This document shows positions 57,094 through 64,000 of a DNA stretch of 64,000 nt, in pieces. Both the position numbers and the translations under genes were made by a program. The DNA lies in contig CBDEUM010000029.1 in NCBI GenBank assembly GCA_965242925.1, positions 192,001 through 256,000 of the forward strand, in the 5' to 3' direction. The DNA comes from Roseibacillus sp. Lineage in GTDB: Bacteria > Verrucomicrobiota > Verrucomicrobiia > Verrucomicrobiales > Akkermansiaceae. Within the stretch, counting starts at the first letter, position 1, and each line of letters begins with the position of its first letter. The notes beneath the pieces were generated by a model. The model did not search any database. It was not told where the DNA came from and saw only the letters and a program-made list of their open reading frames with translations.

Positions 57094-58146
57094 ATGGCCA
57101 CCAAAATTTATACTGACAAGGATGCCAACCTGAATGCCATCCGGCGCAAGAAGCTCGCTGTGATCGGCTTCGGTTCCCAGGGACACGCCCATGCCCTCAA
57201 CCTGAAGGAAAGCGGCTGTGACGTGACGATCGGCCTCTACGCCAAGTCCAAGTCCCGCCCGGTGGCCAGGAAACTCGGATTCAAGGTGATGAACACCAGT
57301 GATGCGGTGAAGCACGCCGATGTCATCTTCATCGCCACCCCTGACACCGTCATCCCCTCGGTCTACGAGAAGGATGTGGCTCCCAATCTCACTCCGGGCA
57401 AGACCCTCCTCTTTTCCCACGGGTTCGCGGTGCACTTCGACCTGATCGAGACCCCCGACGACGTGGACGTCATCATGGTGGCCCCCAAGGGCCCCGGCCA
57501 CACCGTGCGCAGCCAGTTCCTGGAGAAGAAGGGCGTGCCTACCCTCATCGCGGTGGACAAGGACGCCACTGGCAGGGCGAAGCAGACCGCCCTGGCGTGG
57601 GCCAAGGGAATCGGGGGAACCCGCGCGGGCGTCTTCGAGACCAATTTCCGCGAGGAAACCGTGACTGACCTCTTTGGTGAGCAGTGCGTGCTGTGCGGGG
57701 GAGCATCCGCTCTGGTCAAGGCGGGCTACGAGGTGCTGGTGGAAGCGGGCTACTCGCCCACGATGGCCTACTTCGAGTGCCTGCACGAACTGAAGCTCAT
57801 CGTGGACCTCATGAACGAGAGCGGAATCGCCGGAATGCGCTTCTCGATCTCGGAAACCGCAGAGTATGGGGATGTCACGGTGGGACCAAAGATCATCAAC
57901 GAGTCGGTCAAGAACCGCATGCGGCGCCAGCTCAAGACCATCGAGAGTGGCAGGTTTGCCAAGGAGTGGGTCGGGGAGTTCAAGGGCGGCTGCAAGAACT
58001 TCAACAGGATCCGCAAGGCGGAGGAAAGGCACGGCATTGAGAAGGTCGGAGCCAAGCTGCGCGGGATGATGAGCTGGCTGGGCAAGAAGACCAAGAGCGT
58101 GGGCAAGGGCGTGAGCCAGGCCAGCTACGTTTCGACCTCAAAATAG
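57094..58146 (+). CDS. ilvC: Ketol-acid reductoisomerase
   Basis: IGFGSQGHAHALNL, FSHGF, APKGPGH, TDLFGEQ, AYFECLHE, SISETAEYG. Confidence 0.97.
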   Translation: MATKIYTDKDANLNAIRRKKLAVIGFGSQGHAHALNLKESGCDVTIGLYAKSKSRPVARKLGFKVMNTSDAVKHADVIFIATPDTVIPSVYEKDVAPNLTPGKTLLFSHGFAVHFDLIETPDDVDVIMVAPKGPGHTVRSQFLEKKGVPTLIAVDKDATGRAKQTALAWAKGIGGTRAGVFETNFREETVTDLFGEQCVLCGGASALVKAGYEVLVEAGYSPTMAYFECLHELKLIVDLMNESGIAGMRFSISETAEYGDVTVGPKIINESVKNRMRRQLKTIESGRFAKEWVGEFKGGCKNFNRIRKAEERHGIEKVGAKLRGMMSWLGKKTKSVGKGVSQASYVSTSK

Positions 58147-58329
58147 GGAAGCGGAGCATTCCCTGTGGGTGATCCGGAACCTGTCAAACCGCGACCGTCT
58201 CCCGGGAGAAGAAAACATTTTCAAGCCGCTCCCACCTAGGGAGCAAGAGGCTTTCTCATTTTTACGCAAAAGATTGAAGAGAGCTGTGTCATCTGCTCAA
58301 TGGACGGCAGATGGGGGCTTATGAAGGGC

Positions 58330-58357
58330 TTGTCTTCTAAAGATTGATCGTCATAAT
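58330..58357 (+). promoter_or_regulatory. Sigma70-like promoter of the MFS gene
   Basis: TTGTCT (58330-58335) - 16 nt - CATAAT (58352-58357), 31 nt before the ATG, in an AT-richer intergenic region. Confidence 0.5.
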
Positions 58358-58388
58358 TCCCTAGCTTCAACCACACTAGCAACACGAC

Positions 58389-59960
58389 ATGAAAGACCGT
58401 AACGACAAGTTAGTTTTTTGGGGGTGCTTCATTGCTCTCATCACGACTGCCTTCGCCTTCATCACGAGGGCGTTCATGGTAAATATGCCCGATCTCTGGC
58501 CGAAAACCTTCGGGCTCGACGGGGTTCAGGCCCAAGAGCTATTTGGTGCAGGCATCTGGCCCTTCGCCATCAGTATCATCCTGTTCAGCCTGATTATTGA
58601 CAAGATCGGCTACCGGGTTGCGATGGTGTTCAGCTTCGTGTGCTACGCGGCGTATGCCGCCCTTGCGTTCATGGCATACGGAACAGTCAACGCGGAAGGT
58701 CTGGACGGACAAGCTCTCAAGGACGCGCAATCACAGGCCTATAGACTGCTTTACGTTGGTTCGATTATCCTCGGTCTCGGGAACGGAACGGTGGAGGCCT
58801 ACATCAACCCGGTGGTGGCCACCATGTTTAACCGGGAGAAGACCAAGTGGCTCAATATCCTGCACGCAGGTTGGCCGGGGGGATTGGTCCTTGGTGGGAT
58901 TCTGACTATTATGTTGGGAGCGAAGGTGGCCGATGACTGGCGGGTTCTTATCGTGATCATCGCGATTCCAGCCATCATCTTCCTCGTCATGCTGATCAAG
59001 GCCCGCTTCCCGGTGAATGAGCGGGTAGCGGCCGGAGCAACCTACCGTGAGATGCTCGGAGAGTTCGGGGCAATCGGGGCAGCCATTGCTGGATTCCTCA
59101 TCACGAAGGAGCTCGGAAAAGTGTTCGGGTGGAGCGACCTGATGGTCATCGCCATCGTAGCGGTCCTCGTGGTGGCCTACGGTTTCTATTGCAAGTCGCC
59201 CGGCCGGCCTATGATGATTTTCCTGTGTATTGTGATGTTCCCGTTGGCAACCACTGAACTGGGGACAGATGGAGCAATCACCGGAATTATGGAAGGGCCT
59301 TTGAAGGAGGCCGGGCAGAACCCTCTCTGGGTACTGATTTACACTTCCGCGATCATGACGGTCCTGCGCTTCTTTTCCGGACCGATTATCCAAAAACTCA
59401 CCCCGCTTGGCCTCCTGGCAACTTGTGCCGGCCTTGCGACGGTTGGCCTGCTGCTTCTCTCGGTCACCACGACCCTGATTGCGATCTTCGCGGCCGCGAC
59501 TCTCTACGGGATCGGCAAGACCTTCTTCTGGCCCACCACTCTCGGGGTTGTCTCGGAGCAGTTCCCCAAGGGTGGGGCGCTGACCCTGAACGCCATTGCA
59601 GGGATCGGGATGCTCAGTGTGGGTATCGTCGGCGGTCCTCTCATCGGTGCGATGCAGGAGAAGTCCGCAGAGACGGCTGTCGGAAAGGAAATGGAAGGCA
59701 CCTACGCGAAAATCTCGGAGGAGCGTTCTTACTTCCTTGGGAAGTACAATGCTGTGGTGGATGACAAGGTGAAGGCCTTGCCGGAGGCGGACGCGGAAAA
59801 GGTTGGGGAGGTGACCAAGGGGGCCAAGCAGGGCGCTCTAGCCAAGGTGGCTGTCTTCCCCGCCATTATGCTGGCCTGCTACATCGGGTTGATCATGTAT
59901 TTCAGATCGAGGGGTGGCTACAAGCCCGTCGAGATTGGTGGCGATGGTGGCGGTCACTGA
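58389..59960 (+). CDS. MFS transporter (probably sugar)
   Basis: About 13 hydrophobic segments; IDKIGYR motif A; GLGNGTVEAYINP; LHAGWPGG; GKTFFWPT. Confidence 0.88.
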   Translation: MKDRNDKLVFWGCFIALITTAFAFITRAFMVNMPDLWPKTFGLDGVQAQELFGAGIWPFAISIILFSLIIDKIGYRVAMVFSFVCYAAYAALAFMAYGTVNAEGLDGQALKDAQSQAYRLLYVGSIILGLGNGTVEAYINPVVATMFNREKTKWLNILHAGWPGGLVLGGILTIMLGAKVADDWRVLIVIIAIPAIIFLVMLIKARFPVNERVAAGATYREMLGEFGAIGAAIAGFLITKELGKVFGWSDLMVIAIVAVLVVAYGFYCKSPGRPMMIFLCIVMFPLATTELGTDGAITGIMEGPLKEAGQNPLWVLIYTSAIMTVLRFFSGPIIQKLTPLGLLATCAGLATVGLLLLSVTTTLIAIFAAATLYGIGKTFFWPTTLGVVSEQFPKGGALTLNAIAGIGMLSVGIVGGPLIGAMQEKSAETAVGKEMEGTYAKISEERSYFLGKYNAVVDDKVKALPEADAEKVGEVTKGAKQGALAKVAVFPAIMLACYIGLIMYFRSRGGYKPVEIGGDGGGH

Positions 59961-59986
59961 TCGTTCACGCTGACAATCAGCTTTCC

Positions 59987-60019
59987 AAGGCGGCTCCGGG
60001 AAACCGGGGCCGCTTTTTT
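59987..60019 (+). terminator. Intrinsic terminator after the MFS gene
   Basis: AAGGCGGCTCCGG-GAAA-CCGGGGCCGCTTTTTT; GNRA loop and U-tract. Confidence 0.85.
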
Positions 60020-60052
60020 CTGGAGGGCGTCAATGGGGTAGCCCCTCCGTCG

Positions 60053-61330
60053 CTACGGCCCCGGCACGAAGCTCCAGGCGCCACCCTCCAGAGGGTCGGC
60101 CGAGTTGAGGAGATCGGAACCCGAAAGACGACTGGGGTTGGCGAGGACCGGGATGGAGAAGGGCGGAGACCCGTTGGACCAGGCGAGGTCGTAATGGAGG
60201 GTGAGGCGGTAGGTTGGCTGGTTCCCGGTGGTGGGAGTGAGTTGGAATTCCCGGGCGTAGGGTGTGCTCACAATCCGGGGAATGACGAACTCACCGGATC
60301 CGAAGGAGCCCTGGTAGGTCCCGGAATACCCGGTCCCATCGAAGAAACAGGTGAGGTTCACAATTCCCCGGTTGGGATCGCGAAAGTTGAGGAGGATGGC
60401 GGAGTTGGCGAAAATCCGTTCGGTGGAAGGCCAGTGGGGATACTCGACCACCCCGCCCCGGAAGAAGGCCCGGGGTGCGAGGGCGAAGTTGGGGGTGAGA
60501 TCATAGCCCAAGGACTCCTCGCCCGGGGCATTGAGGAGGGTGAGGGGGCCGAGCCAGGTCCGGAGATCGAGGGAACTCCAGAGGAGGAGGGAGGATCCCG
60601 GGGTGCTGTCCCAGTCGAGGAAGGTTGCCGTTTCCTCCCGCCGGAAGCTGAAGCGGGGCTCGCGGGCGGAGGGCAGCAGGAAGAGGGAGAAGTGGTCAGG
60701 ATCGAGCAGGTTGCGCCGGAAAGTGAGGTCGCCCGGGGTCAGGTAGCGGATCCGGACCGAATCGATGAGGTGGAAGCCCGGAGCGCTGTTGGCGATGGCT
60801 GCCACCGTGAGTCGGCCGTTGCCCCCGGGCGGGGTGGTGGCCTGGAGGACCCGCCCCACCGCAGTGTAGTGCCCGCCCGCCCGCCCGGGGTTGGCGTTGG
60901 TGGTGGCCGGGAGGTTGATGAAGAAGCGGCTCCCGTTGGAGTTGGGCCCGTCGTTCTCCATGAACAGGGTGTAGGTTCCTCCGCCCGGGCTGGTGAAGTC
61001 ATCCCGGATGGTCCATCCGGGATGGTCGTCTCCATTACCGGTGCGGGAACCGCCTGCGATTTCCACCCCCGCGGTCACCGAGTGGAAGGTCAATCCATCG
61101 TAGAAGGGTTCCTTCCGCACCTTGCCTGCCGATCCGTCGAGCCAGGGGACCAGTCCCTCCGCGAGGCGGATGAAATTGGCGGCTGCGTGGGGGGAGTTGT
61201 AATGGTCGAATTGGACCGTGAAGCGTCCGAATTCCTTGTCCTGCAGCGAGATCTCAAAGTCAGCCAGGATCTGGGCCGGGGCACAGGGCGCGAGGGGGAG
61301 AAGCAGCAGGGGCAGGGCGAAGCGGGGCAT
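60053..61330 (-). CDS. Exported cyclophilin-like protein with degenerate active site and long C-terminal extension
   Basis: Signal peptide from ATG 61330; ANFIRLAEG..W; PFYDGLTFHSV; MENDGPNSNGSRFFIN; YTAVGRV. Confidence 0.82.
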   Translation of the reverse strand: MPRFALPLLLLPLAPCAPAQILADFEISLQDKEFGRFTVQFDHYNSPHAAANFIRLAEGLVPWLDGSAGKVRKEPFYDGLTFHSVTAGVEIAGGSRTGNGDDHPGWTIRDDFTSPGGGTYTLFMENDGPNSNGSRFFINLPATTNANPGRAGGHYTAVGRVLQATTPPGGNGRLTVAAIANSAPGFHLIDSVRIRYLTPGDLTFRRNLLDPDHFSLFLLPSAREPRFSFRREETATFLDWDSTPGSSLLLWSSLDLRTWLGPLTLLNAPGEESLGYDLTPNFALAPRAFFRGGVVEYPHWPSTERIFANSAILLNFRDPNRGIVNLTCFFDGTGYSGTYQGSFGSGEFVIPRIVSTPYAREFQLTPTTGNQPTYRLTLHYDLAWSNGSPPFSIPVLANPSRLSGSDLLNSADPLEGGAWSFVPGP

Positions 61331-61383
61331 GGGGTGAAAATCGTTTAGAGCCGCCAGAGAGGACGCTCGGGGGGCGGAACCGG

Positions 61384-63132
61384 TCACTTGGAGACCACAA
61401 TGCGCAGGAGGGCGGTCCTGGTGGCGGGGGAAGTGATGGAGGTGTCCTCGACGGTGAGCTGCCATGTGTTCCCCAAGTCATCAATGGCAATCACCGGGGC
61501 GGCCATGGTTCCATCGCCCGTCTCCCAGTAGGTCGTCCAGTTTTGTCCGTCGAGGGAGCTCTGCACCTCGTAGGAGAGATTGGCGGGCTCTTTTTCGTGT
61601 TGGAAGGTGATAGTGGGATGATCGTTGGCGGAGAGACCGGTCCGGAAGTCGAGATCGAGGACGCAGTAGGAAAGTTCGACCGGGAGGACGGTGCTGTCGA
61701 GGTCGCTCACCTCGACGGTGAGGGTGGAGGTTCCGGTGGCCCCGGGAATGGGATTGAGGGTGAGTTCCGTTCCGTTGAGCGAGGCGGTCACAAGGGAAGG
61801 GTTGCTCACTGGACCGAGGCGGTAGGAGAGCAGCTCCTGGAGGCGTCTGGCCTGCACGATCTGGACCAGTTCCCCGACAGCGGGCGTGTTCCCCTCCGGC
61901 TCGGCGGTGGTTGGCCAGTCGGTGAGCGTCTGCTCAGTGTCGTCGACAGTGGCGGAATAATTGCCCCGGGGCCGGGCATGCATGTCAGCCAGGACGGGAA
62001 GCGATCCGGAGGTGGCCCGGCCGAAGACGGTGTATCCGCCATTGGATCCCGGACCATCGAGGGTGGTGTTGTCAATGGTGTTGAAGTAGACTTGGCTTGA
62101 TCCGCTGTTGGGAGCGTTGGTCTTTGCCATGGCGAGGGTGCCGGTCCGATTGGAGAGCCCGGGCTCATCGACCACGTTCGGGTCCGTTACCACCAGGGTG
62201 TAGTCTCCGTTGCCGTCCGGTTTCATGAGGCCGGCCTGGACCACTGCCACGCCGGAGGAGGCCAGGGTCGCCGAGCGATGGAAGATCACCCCGTCGTAAT
62301 CGCCCCGGTCGATATAGTTCAGGAGGTTTTCGATGTGGGCGGGGCAGGCCTCCGGGTAGAGAATGGAGTCGATGTCCCCCAGGTTGGTCTCAAACCGGAT
62401 CGCGATGGGGGTGTCCGGATCGCGGAAGTGCGGGGCCAGATCGTGGCGGATCTGGCCGGAGGGCGGGGCAAGGAAGAGGAAATCCGGCACGGGGGAGTGC
62501 TCCTCCGGTCCCGCGGGGGCGGGCTTGATGCGGAAGGTGACGAAGGTGGTGGCTTCGCTCGTTCCATTGGTGGCGGACACCATGGGGCGGTAGACGCCGG
62601 GAGCAGCGGGGGTTCCCGAGATCACGCCCGTGGTGGGATCAAAATCCCAGCCCGGGGGGAGGTCGGTGACCCCGAAGCTGGAGGCCGTTCCCTCCCCCGG
62701 GGCGGTGTAGATCTGCAGGGCCGGTCCGGTGAGCGGTTCTCCCACGGTGCCTCCGACGAACTGACCGGCTTCGATGGCAAATCCTGAGGGGAGAGTGACT
62801 TCAACCCCCTCGGTCCACTCCGAGTGACCGTCCGGTCTGACGGTCCGCATCCGGAAGGACGCGGTCGTGTTGGGGCTGCCTCCTCTCAGGGAAAGCAATG
62901 TGCTGTTGGCGGGAGCGGTGGCGATGGTGAGCCAGTCCTGTCCCTCGGGCAGGACCTGGAATTCATACTCGGTCTCATCATCGCAGGTGTCCTCCCACGA
63001 GATCTCCAGGGAGGTGGAGGAAAGAAAGGGGATTGCGACCCGGACATTGGCGGGTTCGCACTCTGCGCGGAGAAAACCGCTGGCCAGCATGATCGAGGTG
63101 GTCGCCACCAGGGCGGGGGGCAGGGGGGTCAC
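61384..63132 (-). CDS. Exported FN3 + putative Ig (He_PIG) + cyclophilin PPIase + C-terminal domain protein
   Basis: ISWEDT..E..Y (FN3); LPPGWDFDPTTGVISGTP (He_PIG); FETNLG, YDGVIFHRS, SNRTGTLAMAK, GYTVFG. Start uncertain (GTG 63132 or ATG 63090). Confidence 0.82.
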   Translation of the reverse strand: MTPLPPALVATTSIMLASGFLRAECEPANVRVAIPFLSSTSLEISWEDTCDDETEYEFQVLPEGQDWLTIATAPANSTLLSLRGGSPNTTASFRMRTVRPDGHSEWTEGVEVTLPSGFAIEAGQFVGGTVGEPLTGPALQIYTAPGEGTASSFGVTDLPPGWDFDPTTGVISGTPAAPGVYRPMVSATNGTSEATTFVTFRIKPAPAGPEEHSPVPDFLFLAPPSGQIRHDLAPHFRDPDTPIAIRFETNLGDIDSILYPEACPAHIENLLNYIDRGDYDGVIFHRSATLASSGVAVVQAGLMKPDGNGDYTLVVTDPNVVDEPGLSNRTGTLAMAKTNAPNSGSSQVYFNTIDNTTLDGPGSNGGYTVFGRATSGSLPVLADMHARPRGNYSATVDDTEQTLTDWPTTAEPEGNTPAVGELVQIVQARRLQELLSYRLGPVSNPSLVTASLNGTELTLNPIPGATGTSTLTVEVSDLDSTVLPVELSYCVLDLDFRTGLSANDHPTITFQHEKEPANLSYEVQSSLDGQNWTTYWETGDGTMAAPVIAIDDLGNTWQLTVEDTSITSPATRTALLRIVVSK

Positions 63133-63295
63133 GTGGTCTAACAAAGGCGAGAGTTTCGGGTCTGGCAATACCGCTTTTCTGGAACAGAGACCAATTCCTC
63201 CATTCTCCCTGAAGATTGCAGTTGCCAGAAGGGAACGGGATGGAGACGGTACGCGTGCTGTCTTACAGGGGAACGGCAACCACCAGAAAATTCTC

Positions 63296-64000
63296 ATGCC
63301 GAAGGAACACGGGAAGGGCGGGATTGCTCTCTTCGATCTCGATCAGACTCTCATCGCCTGGGACACCCAGCTGCTCTTCTGCAACTGGGTCCTGCGGCGC
63401 GAACCGTTGCGCCGGTTGTACCTCCTGCTCTTCCTGCCCTTTCTGGTTCTGGCCACGGTGCTCGGATCGGAGGGGCTGAAGCGGGTCTTCCTGTCCTTTC
63501 TCTGGCGCATGCCGCGGACGCGGCTGGAGGAACTGGTGGAAGGATTCGTGCGGAGCTGCGTGCCCTCGGAGTTTTACCCCTCCATGCAGGAAGTTCTCGG
63601 GGCGGAGAGGGCCAGGGGCCGCCGTCTCGTGCTGGTCTCGGCCAGTCCCGAGTTCTATGCCCGGCCCCTGGGCGAGGCTCTCGGGTTCGATGCGAGTTAT
63701 GGCACAAGGGTGGAGTTTGAAGACCTGATGCCGCTCTTCCCCGATTTCACCGGAGGGAACAACAAGGGGGAGGTGAAGGTGGCGCGTCTCCTGGAGGAAG
63801 GCGAGATCGCACATGAGGGGATTCAGGAGAACAGCAGCGGATTTTCGGACAGCATGGTGGACCTGCCCATGCTGCGACTCTGTGAGGAAGTAACGGTGGT
63901 CAATCCGGGAGAACGATTGCTTGCCCTCGCCGAGGGGGAGGGCTGGGAGGTGCTACGACCGGAGCGGCCCTTCCTTGGCAGTCGCCAGATGGGCTGGCGA
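63296..64000 (+). CDS. HAD-IB family phosphatase (phosphoserine-phosphatase-like), runs off the window end
   Basis: Manual translation: MPKEHGKGGIALFDLDQTL (DxDxT), LVSASP, NNKGEVK, FSDSMVDLPML, VVNP. Confidence 0.88.
   Translation, partial: MPKEHGKGGIALFDLDQTLIAWDTQLLFCNWVLRREPLRRLYLLLFLPFLVLATVLGSEGLKRVFLSFLWRMPRTRLEELVEGFVRSCVPSEFYPSMQEVLGAERARGRRLVLVSASPEFYARPLGEALGFDASYGTRVEFEDLMPLFPDFTGGNNKGEVKVARLLEEGEIAHEGIQENSSGFSDSMVDLPMLRLCEEVTVVNPGERLLALAEGEGWEVLRPERPFLGSRQMGWR

Noticed and set aside
1..64000. CRISPR arrays, tRNA/rRNA genes, IS elements, integrases, prophage
   Set aside because: By eye, no regularly spaced repeats, cloverleaf or T-loop signatures in intergenic gaps, or mobile-element motifs in any ORF. 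tRNAscan and Infernal were not run.

Overview
Gene-dense, GC-rich bacterial chromosome segment of a PVC-superphylum organism. The gene content (DUF1501/PSD1 modules, PVC-type heme CxxCH dehydrogenases, an SHD1 fusion, sulfatases) suggests a Verrucomicrobiales-type heterotroph; this is inference. About 48 CDS were called by motif recognition, without database searches. Housekeeping genes: icd (partial), engB, HU, rnhA, yebC, nifS/iscS-like, ilvC. These are interleaved with many exported proteins: 2 sulfatases, 5 large c-type-heme proteins (4 with lectin-like modules), 5 Tat substrates, 3 CPBP proteases, peptidases, and 2 cyclophilin fusions. No rRNA, tRNA, CRISPR, transposase or phage genes were seen. 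Main leads: (i) a thermonuclease+ComEA-HhH fusion linked to a SWIM-SNF2 helicase through an unannotated 28-aa hydrophobic ORF with ATGA overlaps at both ends; (ii) a small His-rich lipoprotein ending in CxxCH just upstream; (iii) a candidate minus-strand structured RNA at ~40.9-41.1 kb; (iv) a sulfatase/oxidoreductase/lectin-cytochrome/lactonase cluster; (v) an intact plus degenerate cyclophilin pair sharing an SSLD-x3-W module; (vi) a double-DUF481 outer-membrane protein; (vii) recurrent promoters placed directly against start codons (leaderless or short-leader mRNAs); (viii) a +1 frameshift in a DUF1501 gene, possibly an assembly error.
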